Below are positions 24,582 through 32,485 of a DNA stretch of 53,893 nucleotides, piece after piece. Location of the stretch: positions 1-53,893 of the forward strand of contig CAZSNV010000001.1 in the NCBI GenBank assembly GCA_964608035.1, given 5' to 3'. The translations under genes were made by a program, and so were the position numbers. Origin of the DNA: an uncultured Gemmatimonadaceae bacterium. GTDB taxonomy: Bacteria; Gemmatimonadota; Gemmatimonadetes; Gemmatimonadales; Gemmatimonadaceae. The notes beneath the pieces were generated by a model. It searched no databases. It was not told where the DNA came from and saw only the letters and a program-made list of their open reading frames with translations. The first letter of the stretch is position 1, and each line of letters starts with the position of its first letter.

Positions 24582-25346
24582 ATGAGGCCTGACTACGCGA
24601 GCCACTATCGCGACCTGTACGAGCGGCACTGGTGGTGGCGCACCCGTGAAGTGCTCCTGCTCGACGAGTTGAAGCGGCACGCACCCGCCGGCGGATGGGG
24701 ATCAATCCTCGATGTCGGGTGTGGCGACGGATTGTTCTTCGATCAGCTTGGGCAGTTCGGTGAGGTGTGGGGTGTGGAGCCCGACGCGCGACTGCTCACG
24801 ACGGGCGGCAATCACCGATCTCGCATTCATGAAGGCCCCTTCGATTCCGGGTACAAGCCGGAACGAACTTTTCGGCTCATCCTCATGCTCGACGTGCTGG
24901 AGCACATGTCGAATCCCGAGGATGCCCTGCGTCGCGCCGCCCTGCTTCTCGAACCGGACGGTCGACTGTTACTGACCGTGCCGGCTTTCAGGCTGCTGTG
25001 GACGGCGCACGACGACTTCAACCAGCATGTCGATCGCTACACGATCCGGAGAATCCGCGATCTCGCAGAGCGCGGCGGCTTTGCGGTCGACTCCGCGCGG
25101 TACCTCTTTCGCTGGCTCGTCCCGGCGAAGCTTGCTGTACGCGCCCTCGAGGTGATCACGCCGGGACGCGCCACGCCCGAACGAGTGCCGCACCAGTGGT
25201 TGAACCGTCTGCTCCTAGGACTAAGCCTCGCTGAGGCGCGGCTGCTGGCTCACGTGCCGCTGCCGTTCGGCTCGTCGGTGCTGGTCTGGTGTCGGCGGAA
25301 CGCCGCAGCCTTTTCAGGTACGGCGCCACCGCCTCACGCGTCATGA
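24582..25346 (+). CDS. Class I SAM-dependent methyltransferase
   Basis: ILDVGCGDG motif I, and LDVLEH. Confidence 0.8.
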   Translation: MRPDYASHYRDLYERHWWWRTREVLLLDELKRHAPAGGWGSILDVGCGDGLFFDQLGQFGEVWGVEPDARLLTTGGNHRSRIHEGPFDSGYKPERTFRLILMLDVLEHMSNPEDALRRAALLLEPDGRLLLTVPAFRLLWTAHDDFNQHVDRYTIRRIRDLAERGGFAVDSARYLFRWLVPAKLAVRALEVITPGRATPERVPHQWLNRLLLGLSLAEARLLAHVPLPFGSSVLVWCRRNAAAFSGTAPPPHAS

Positions 25347-25430
25347 GCGTCAACGCCGGTGACGGTGCCGAGGGCAATGATGATCCCTGGAATGTCCAAA
25401 CGTTCATGAACCAGTAGTCGGGTCTCGCGC
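25347..25430 (-). pseudogene. 84-bp fragment of a UbiA-family gene N-terminus (paralog of 26389..27339), frameshifted
   Basis: nt alignment to 27216-27300. Encodes ARPDYWF(M/K)NV...IPGIIIALGTVT(G/D)VDA with one frameshift. Confidence 0.6.
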
Positions 25431-25515
25431 AGCGACCGTGTATCGCACAGGCCTGTTGATGCACGGGAAGCGGGTCACGTTCCGGGAAATGTTTCGTTGG
25501 ATGAAAGCGGCGTAG
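25427..25515 (+). pseudogene. Orphan copy of the last ~29 codons of the ABC-2 permease gene
   Basis: AATVYRTGLLMHGKRVTFREMFRWMKAA* compared with AATVYRTGMLMHGKRVTIREMFRWIRAT* at 22384-22470. Confidence 0.65.
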
Positions 25516-25541
25516 CCGGGATCCCTGGTAGTTCCCCTCGT

Positions 25542-26351
25542 TTAGTGCCCAGCCGAGACGCGGGCGCGCGTCGATGCGTCCCGCGCGGCCTCGAAGTCGC
25601 GGCGGACGATGTCATCCAGTGTGGGCGAATCGTACCGGCCGTTTAGCTGGTTCACCTTGATCGACAGCACGTCCACGACGCTCCGGACAGAATCGCGAAG
25701 CAGTCGGACAGAGGACGTTTCGTTATTCAGCAGCTTGACCGGGATGCGCTTGATGTCGAGCCGGTGTTTTAGGGCCACGTAGACCAGTTCGACGTCAAAC
25801 GCGAATCGGTCGAGCTGCAGGATGGGGAACAAGACATCTGCCACGTCGCCGCGGATGCCCTTGAGGCCGCACTGGGTATCGAAGAAACCGCCCGTGACGA
25901 TCGTGCCGACGAACCCAGTGAAGACCGCCGAGGCAGCGCGGCGACCCCACTCAGTCGCGTGGTGGTAGCTGGATCCCGGAAGCGTACGATCGCCGATGAC
26001 CACGTGAAAAGGGCCATCGCGAAGGTACGCGGTGATCACTGGGATCAAGTCGGTGCCGAACGGCAGGTCCACATCAGTGAAGATGCGGACGTGACCCGTG
26101 GCGGCCAGCATGCCTGTGCGAACCGCTGCGCCTTTTCCGCGGTTCTCTGGATGTTGCAAGAGGCGCGCGTGCGCGGACCCCAAGCGGTTGCCCTCGTGGA
26201 AGTCATTCCCACCGTCGTCAACGACAATGACTTCCCAGGTGAGGCCGTAGTCCTCCAGTGCCGTCGAGAGTTCATCGACTGACCGCCTCGCGAGTTGGGC
26301 AGTCCGGTAACATGGAAGGATGACCGAGAGGTCTGGGCGGGGGCCGTTCAC
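25542..26351 (-). CDS. GT2 glycosyltransferase, soluble (dolichyl-phosphate beta-glucosyltransferase/ALG5-like)
   Basis: LSVILPCY, VVDDGGND, ENRGKGAAV, DVDLPF, and GFFDTQCGLKG motifs. Confidence 0.8.
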   Translation of the reverse strand: MNGPRPDLSVILPCYRTAQLARRSVDELSTALEDYGLTWEVIVVDDGGNDFHEGNRLGSAHARLLQHPENRGKGAAVRTGMLAATGHVRIFTDVDLPFGTDLIPVITAYLRDGPFHVVIGDRTLPGSSYHHATEWGRRAASAVFTGFVGTIVTGGFFDTQCGLKGIRGDVADVLFPILQLDRFAFDVELVYVALKHRLDIKRIPVKLLNNETSSVRLLRDSVRSVVDVLSIKVNQLNGRYDSPTLDDIVRRDFEAARDASTRARVSAGH

Positions 26352-26388
26352 GTCTCCTCGTTGTGCGCCGCGTACGATCCTTGTTGCG

Positions 26389-27339
26389 TCATCCCTGTTG
26401 GGTGGGGGCTGTTGGTGTAAAGAGGCGGTGCAACACCGGTAGATCGACGCGCAGCAGGATGATCATCGCGATGGTCGTGGCCACGACGGCCGTCATCAGT
26501 CCTCGCTCCCGGTAGAGGTGCTCCGGATTCTGGGCGGCGCTGTTCGGCTTGAGCGCCACGCGCAGGTACATCGACATCACCAGCGCCACGAGCGGGAACG
26601 AGAGGATGAGCTCGAGCCTGTAGCGCATGCAGAACGCGCCGAAGAACAGCATCGCCGCGGCTGCGAAGAACATTATCGCGACGATCAGGCGGTCGGGCGT
26701 GTAGTACGCGAAGGAGCGGCGGTACGCGCCCGCTCGTGCTCGATCGCCGATGGCCACTAACTCGGCGTAACGCTTCAGCGCCATGAAATAGCAGCCGATC
26801 ATCCAGTAACTCAGGAGCAGCGACGCCGGAGCCATCGTGTCGCTGGTGACGATGAACCAGCCCGCCAGCATGCGGAGCGGGTTGTTGATCGCTTCCGACA
26901 GCACATCCATGTAAGGCTGGTCCTTGGCGCGCATGGGCGGGACGTTGTAGACCACAGCCATGATCCAGAGCGCCAGGAGCGAGAGCGCGAACGGAATCGA
27001 GACGGTGAGCGCGAGCGCCATGCCGGCGATGAAGAGCACTAGCCATTGCACGTAGGCCGCGGCCGGTCGAACGCGGCCCGATGGGACAGCGCGATTCCGC
27101 TTCTCCGGATGATGGAGGTCGAACGGGGCGTCGAGTACTTCGTTGAGCGTGTAGTTGCTGGACGCGATCAGGCAGGTGGCGACAAGGCCTATGATGATGC
27201 GGACGGCGAGGTCCCGGGCATCCACGTCCGTAACCGTGCCCAGGGCGATGATGATCCCGGGGATGACGAAGACGTTCTTGAACCAGTAGTCCGGTCGCGC
27301 GATTTCGACGTGCGACCGCCAGTCGAATGTTGACTTCAT
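26389..27339 (-). CDS. UbiA family prenyltransferase, decaprenyl-phosphate phosphoribosyltransferase (DPPR synthase, Rv3806c)-like
   Basis: NYTLNEVLDAPFDLHHPEKRNRAVPSG resembles the N(D/E)xxDxxxDxxHPxKxxR motif. ~8 TMs. The start is moved to ATG 27339 (MKSTFDW). Confidence 0.8.
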   Translation of the reverse strand: MKSTFDWRSHVEIARPDYWFKNVFVIPGIIIALGTVTDVDARDLAVRIIIGLVATCLIASSNYTLNEVLDAPFDLHHPEKRNRAVPSGRVRPAAAYVQWLVLFIAGMALALTVSIPFALSLLALWIMAVVYNVPPMRAKDQPYMDVLSEAINNPLRMLAGWFIVTSDTMAPASLLLSYWMIGCYFMALKRYAELVAIGDRARAGAYRRSFAYYTPDRLIVAIMFFAAAAMLFFGAFCMRYRLELILSFPLVALVMSMYLRVALKPNSAAQNPEHLYRERGLMTAVVATTIAMIILLRVDLPVLHRLFTPTAPTQQG

Positions 27340-27436
27340 CGAAGATGGCTGCGATGTACTCGCCGAATACTCCAAGAAAAATGAGCTGGACACCGCTGAA
27401 CACTGAAATCAGGATGGCGAGGGTGGCGCAGTGCAA
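27340..27436 (-). pseudogene. C-terminal TM fragment of an ArnC-like GT2 gene, abutting the UbiA start codon
   Basis: ATLAILISVFSGVQLIFLGVFGEYIAAIFDEV compared with FVSGVQLVFLGLVGEYVGRIYEEV (23601..24545) and LGLAIVMLGVIGEYVWRIFDEV (38321..39244). Confidence 0.55.
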
Positions 27437-27532
27437 CCATCGAGGCTAACATCTTGGTCATCTGTCGGCTTCCAAGCCGACGTAGGTTCGGCCGCTGGGG
27501 TTGCCGGCTGCCCGCTCGGTTCGTCGTCCGTC

Positions 27533-28504
27533 ATGCCACGCGTCCGCATCGTCCAGCTTCGGATTCTCGGCGCCATGCTTGGTGCCTGCTGGGCCGTGCA
27601 GGTCGCGAAACCGATGGTGGGCACTCCCTACGTCAGCGACATGGACCAGAACCGCGTCGCCATGCGCCTGCTTTGGGAGGGCCGGGACCCATACGCTACA
27701 ATCGGTCCGCACCAGACCGCGGAGCTGCGCCAGGGTTTCAGGTACCTCTATCCGCTGACAGCGCCGCTCGTGGTAGCCCCGCTCGCGTGGCTGACTGCGG
27801 GACAATTTCGCCTCGTCTGGGTCGCGCTCACCGCATTTGCCTTTCTGTTCCTCGCGAGTCGCGATGGGCTTCACCGGATGCTCATCGCCGGTTCCGGCGC
27901 CTTCTACATGTTCGCGTACTTGGTCCAATGGACGCCCGCGTTGGCAACAGCACTGTTTGTGCCGGCTACTGGGTTCCTCATCGCCGCGAAACCGCAGCTC
28001 GGGCTCGCCGTACTCGCTGGCCTCCGGTCGTGGCGCGACCTGTGGATTGTGCTGACGCTCGCCGCCGCGCTCTCGCTCGCGAGCGTAATTCTGTGGCCGT
28101 GGTGGCCATCCCGATGGCTCGCGATGCTAGGCACTGCCGACCATGTGCGGTCGCTCGTCTCCGTACCCGGTGGCCCCCTTTTATTGCTCGCCCTAATCCG
28201 GTGGCGTCAGTGGGAGGGGCGTTTGCTCGCCGCGATGGCGATCATTCCACAGACGCCCAGCGTCGAAACAACTCTACTTCTGCTGCTCATCCCCCAGACC
28301 TGGGCTGGTGTGACAGTGCTCGCTGTCGGCACGTGGATCACAGTCCTCGCCGTCTCGAACGTACATAGCTTCCCATCATACTTGGACTTCTCGGCCGCGC
28401 ACGCGCAAATGCTTGTGCTCACGGTCTATCTGCCCGCGCTGGTGATGGTCCTCCGTCGCCCGAAGGGGACGCCGGCCGAAGTTGGTCATGCGCTCATCCA
28501 ATGA
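27533..28504 (+). CDS. Polytopic membrane protein, GT87/DUF2029-like GT-C glycosyltransferase (paralog 1 of 3)
   Basis: First-loop motif D.D....A.RLLWEGRDPY. ~9 TMs. Alignable along its length with 43032..44021 and 45634..46605. The start is moved to ATG 27533. Confidence 0.65.
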   Translation: MPRVRIVQLRILGAMLGACWAVQVAKPMVGTPYVSDMDQNRVAMRLLWEGRDPYATIGPHQTAELRQGFRYLYPLTAPLVVAPLAWLTAGQFRLVWVALTAFAFLFLASRDGLHRMLIAGSGAFYMFAYLVQWTPALATALFVPATGFLIAAKPQLGLAVLAGLRSWRDLWIVLTLAAALSLASVILWPWWPSRWLAMLGTADHVRSLVSVPGGPLLLLALIRWRQWEGRLLAAMAIIPQTPSVETTLLLLLIPQTWAGVTVLAVGTWITVLAVSNVHSFPSYLDFSAAHAQMLVLTVYLPALVMVLRRPKGTPAEVGHALIQ

Positions 28505-28556
28505 AGGTGGGCACAAAGACACGTGCACTGCATCGAGCGAACCTGCCACGTTGAGG

Positions 28557-30293
28557 TCAGCGAGGCAACATCTGTTGAGCAAAGCCATTTGCTGCCTGTG
28601 AAGGGCGGTACAGCAGCAGAGTACCGTCGCTGTTGACAGGAACCCACTCCGCGGGCGTGGGAAAATGCTCGCTGACCTGCGCAAGAACGAACTCAGCGCC
28701 ATGATCCCTCATCTTCTCCAGCACCGCTACTCGGCGGAGCGAATCTGCTTCCCAGAAGGCCGCCACCTCAGGAGCGGGAATCACGCTGACAAAGCGAAGC
28801 CCCGCTAGTTGCGCCCAGTAGGCCTTGTAGGGATTTCCCACCAAGCCGATCCGCGTTCCCGAGCGAATCCCCAACTGCCGAAGCATGTCGGTTGATGCGG
28901 TCCACGCCGCGTAGACGCGCTCGTTAGTCCGTCGTCCTTTGAATAGCGCAATCGTTTCGGTGAAGCTATACGCCACCAGCAGAAGCGCCGCGAAGGTGAA
29001 TCCACGACGCATTCGGCTTGACAGCTGATCAACTGCGTCGGGAAGAACGAGCCCGGCAAGCAATATCACAGCGAATGGAGCGATATAGCGTGGCTCCGAG
29101 TACGAGAGCGCATAGAGCGCCAGCACGAACAGAGCCGGTAGAACCAGAACACCCCCAGTTCGGAATCGATTCTTCGCCAGGCTTCGTTGGCGCGACGTGA
29201 TCAGCGCGAGAAGCGCGGCAAGGATGAACAGAAAGAAATGGCGCACATAGCCGAGCGCATTTCTAGCTGCTCCTGTGAGCGTTTCTTTCAGCGCCAACGG
29301 CACATGCACGTGACGATACCAGTACGAAGCGTCATACCAGATCGGCAGCGTACCCGGGACCGGACCATCGACAGGGTAGACCATCGGATGATCATCGGTG
29401 ACGGGATCGAGGACTCGCAACTTCTGCTTCGGTCCGTCCGGCGAAGGCATGAATGCCGGAAGAATCCCTGGACCGATGTCCCCCAGGGGCGCGGGCACAC
29501 GTGCAGTGTACCATGCGTGCGCGAGGCGCCCAACATCGCCAATGGTAGGTGCTCCCTTGAGTAGGGACACGTAAACCATCTGGGGCATACAAATCACCGC
29601 GAACACCGCCACAGCGACTATTACGCCAAGCCGACTGCGACGAGTTGCAGTCAATGCCACAGCCGCTAGGATCGCGATGCCAATCGGAAGCATCGCGGTC
29701 TTCGTCAAGTAGCCAAGTCCGAGGACCACTCCGAGCGCAATCCATCGATACACGAGACCATCGTTGCGCACAATTCTTATAGATAGCCCGGCGGCAAGGT
29801 ATGCCAGCACCGCGACGCCGAGGTCTGGAGTGAGAAGACGCAGTGTAATCCACGACAGAGACGTCCAGGCGAAGAGCAGATACACGAGCACGGTCCACGT
29901 GAACATCGTTTCGTAAAAACCGGGATCATCCCGCGGCGTGACCGCACGGACACTCCGAATGAAATACTCTGCCGCTGCGAGGCTGCTCAAAAAGAGAATG
30001 AGATTCACGGCATGGGCGAGCACCCACGCATTCGTCATGTTCGTGCCGCCGACGAGGCGCGCTGCCGCCAACAACGTCGGATAGATCGGGCTCCAGTATC
30101 CGGAGCTCGAGAGCGGCCAGTTCCCCTCGAGGTAGTGCCCACTCACGTCGACATACGAGATGCCATCTGGATTGGGGATGTAGCGCCAGGTCCAGGCTGC
30201 AAGGGCACCGAGCACGACGATCAGCAGCCGTAACGCCACAAGAAGCCGTCGCTGCAAGGCAGTTTCCAAACTGCCTGTCTCTGGAGCGCTCAT
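28557..30293 (-). CDS. GT-C fold membrane glycosyltransferase (ArnT/PMT, GT39/GT83-like) with C-terminal soluble domain
   Basis: Acidic/aromatic first loop (PNPDGISYVDVSGHY). GLGYLTKTAM motif. >10 TMs. Confidence 0.7.
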   Translation of the reverse strand: MSAPETGSLETALQRRLLVALRLLIVVLGALAAWTWRYIPNPDGISYVDVSGHYLEGNWPLSSSGYWSPIYPTLLAAARLVGGTNMTNAWVLAHAVNLILFLSSLAAAEYFIRSVRAVTPRDDPGFYETMFTWTVLVYLLFAWTSLSWITLRLLTPDLGVAVLAYLAAGLSIRIVRNDGLVYRWIALGVVLGLGYLTKTAMLPIGIAILAAVALTATRRSRLGVIVAVAVFAVICMPQMVYVSLLKGAPTIGDVGRLAHAWYTARVPAPLGDIGPGILPAFMPSPDGPKQKLRVLDPVTDDHPMVYPVDGPVPGTLPIWYDASYWYRHVHVPLALKETLTGAARNALGYVRHFFLFILAALLALITSRQRSLAKNRFRTGGVLVLPALFVLALYALSYSEPRYIAPFAVILLAGLVLPDAVDQLSSRMRRGFTFAALLLVAYSFTETIALFKGRRTNERVYAAWTASTDMLRQLGIRSGTRIGLVGNPYKAYWAQLAGLRFVSVIPAPEVAAFWEADSLRRVAVLEKMRDHGAEFVLAQVSEHFPTPAEWVPVNSDGTLLLYRPSQAANGFAQQMLPR

Positions 30294-30320
30294 GTTCGTC
30301 GTCCGGCTGCTGGCATGCAG

Positions 30321-30872
30321 TTAGGCAGCCTGCTTACGGAAGACGAACAGATTGTTCAGGCCGAATTGGAACCGTCGATGTGCGACGACGGCAAAGCCGT
30401 GTGGAATGAAGATCGACGGAGTGGATCGCGGATTGAAGCCGTAGTGCTCCTCCAAGGACATACCGTCGAGCAGTCGCATCGCTCGAAGGACCGAAAGTAT
30501 GGTGTCCACTCGTGGCGAGGGCACTGTTATCACCAGATGCCCGCCGGGTCTCAGGCACCGAGCACAGGCCGTGGCGAGCGCTGACTGGCGATCTCGCGGG
30601 ACATGCTCAAGCACGGCCAGCATCGTGATAACATCGAAAGGTGCACACTCAGGGAGATCTTCGGGGAAGGCGCCTCGCAACAGAGTAGCTGCGAGGCCTT
30701 GTGCATCAGTCTGAAGATCGGGATCGATCCCAACACCTTCTCGCAGATGCCGTGCCCGTCGGAACAATGCGCCGTCCGCACACCCAACGTCTAGGACTCG
30801 ATCCCCAGGCGAGATCCACGGGAGCGCTTGATCGATGCGCAGCCGCTGAATGACTCGATCGAGCCGTCGCAT
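30321..30872 (-). CDS. Class I SAM-dependent methyltransferase
   Basis: VLDVGCADG, and MLAVLEHV. Lies 3 nt downstream of the GT2 gene. Confidence 0.8.
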   Translation of the reverse strand: MRRLDRVIQRLRIDQALPWISPGDRVLDVGCADGALFRRARHLREGVGIDPDLQTDAQGLAATLLRGAFPEDLPECAPFDVITMLAVLEHVPRDRQSALATACARCLRPGGHLVITVPSPRVDTILSVLRAMRLLDGMSLEEHYGFNPRSTPSIFIPHGFAVVAHRRFQFGLNNLFVFRKQAA

Positions 30873-30875
30873 TCC

Positions 30876-32108
30876 TTACCGACGCTTCAGTCCGAGGACG
30901 CTCAGGAAGAAGCTCCCGAAGATGATCTGTACGCCGAGGATGAGCAGAAGCATCGCAGGAATCGCCACGCGCATAGTCTCCTGCGGATTAAGGGGCCCGA
31001 AGGCGCGCCGGTCCCAAGAGAACACGGCGTAGGCAGCCAATCCAATGCCGGTGATGAAGAGCAAGAGACCCGCGACAATTCCAAATTCCAGGCTGTGACG
31101 GCCCGAAAGAACCGATAGCCGCGGGTCTGGCGGTAATAACCCCTCGCTCGTCGCAAAAGCCTTGCCGAACAACCAGAACATCATGCTTTGAGCACCAACA
31201 GCCACCGCTGCTGCCGCAAACAGCATGGTGTGAATGTCGAACGCGACTCGGCCTACGACGCGCGACCCCGGCAGAAGCCACGACAAGAGCCCGAGCCCCG
31301 CTAGCGTCAGCACCGCGCCAGGAACAAGAAACAGGTATCGCGGACTGTAGAGCAGGAGAAATCGCAGGTGCCGCCAGCCATCGCGCCAGCTACGGAGGTG
31401 TGGCGGACGACTCCTGCCATCCCTTGAGAGCGTGGTGGGCACCTCGGTGATTCGCAGTCCCATCAGGGTCGCCTTCACGACCATCTCGCTGGCGAACTCC
31501 ATGCCTGTAGTGCGCAGATTCAGGCGCGGAATTGCGCTCCGCCTGAAACCTCGCATCCCGCAATGGAAATCGCCGCTCGGGCTATGAAAGAACAATCGGC
31601 CAAGAGCTGTGAGTACCGGATTGCCGAGATAACGATGTAAGGATGGCATCGCGCCGGGTGCGATGCCGCCCAGAAAACGATTGCCCATGACGAGATCGTA
31701 CCCGGCACGCAGCTGCTCCAGGAAAGGCTCCAGCCGCGAGAAGTCGTAGCTATCGTCAGCATCACCCATGATCACAAACTCGCCACGCGCTGCCTGGATC
31801 CCCTCCTGCAGCGCCGCACCGTATCCGCGCGTTGACACGTCGATTACCCGAGCTCCCAGTGCACCCGCGAGCTCACGCGACCCGTCCGTACTTCCATTAT
31901 CGGCGATCACTACTTCCCCGCGGATACCGAGCTTCGCGATCGACGCTTGGGCCTTCGCTATACAGCTCTCAATGGTCTCCGCTTCATCGAGGCACGGCAT
32001 GACAACACTAAGTTCAAACGTGTTGGCGGACTGCTGATCGTCGGTTGAGAGCGGATGGGGCCCGATCGCTAAGTCCAGAGGCCATGTCATTTCGAGGCGG
32101 GGGCGCAC
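30876..32108 (-). CDS. GT2 polyprenyl-phosphate glycosyltransferase with 4 C-terminal TMs
   Basis: LSVVMPCLDE, ADNGSTDGS, YGAAL and GDADDSYDF motifs. GTG start at 32108, or ATG at 32090. Confidence 0.85.
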   Translation of the reverse strand: MRPRLEMTWPLDLAIGPHPLSTDDQQSANTFELSVVMPCLDEAETIESCIAKAQASIAKLGIRGEVVIADNGSTDGSRELAGALGARVIDVSTRGYGAALQEGIQAARGEFVIMGDADDSYDFSRLEPFLEQLRAGYDLVMGNRFLGGIAPGAMPSLHRYLGNPVLTALGRLFFHSPSGDFHCGMRGFRRSAIPRLNLRTTGMEFASEMVVKATLMGLRITEVPTTLSRDGRSRPPHLRSWRDGWRHLRFLLLYSPRYLFLVPGAVLTLAGLGLLSWLLPGSRVVGRVAFDIHTMLFAAAAVAVGAQSMMFWLFGKAFATSEGLLPPDPRLSVLSGRHSLEFGIVAGLLLFITGIGLAAYAVFSWDRRAFGPLNPQETMRVAIPAMLLLILGVQIIFGSFFLSVLGLKRR

Positions 32109-32153
32109 GACATCATGGTGAAGTTTACTCCCGGTGCTTGCCTTCGGAAAAGA

Positions 32154-32272
32154 CTACTTAACATGATGGGTCGAACGAGGGTGGGTGCTGCCCGGGCCGA
32201 CCGTCCCAGGGTCGTCAATCGGCTTGAAGATCCCCACGATTTCTGCCTCATCGAAGACAGGAGTTTTGTCGG
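32154..32272 (-). pseudogene. Decayed 3' end (~39 codons) of a TadG-like gene, paralog of 48265..49488 and 49815..51038
   Basis: KTPVFDEAEIVGIFKPIDDPGTVGPGSThprsthhVK* compared with QTPAFDAAEIVGIFKPIDDPGTVGPGSTTLVRPILVK*. There are compensating indels near the end, and the gaagactactt context 3' of the stop codon is also conserved. Confidence 0.65.
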
Positions 32273-32485
32273 CTTGCTGAGGTAGCGGTGCTGGCGCTGG
32301 CCACCGTCCTGATCGCCGGGTGGGCTGTCAGACTTCGTATTGAAAGAGACAGTGAGTCAGCGTCGTGATACGCGCCAGTTGTTCATCGCGATTGGATTCC
32401 CGTTGCGGGGCGCCATGACATATTTGCCCTGGCCGACCTACAATCGGTTTCACGCCATTCCGTTGATGAGCCGGACGCATCGGCC

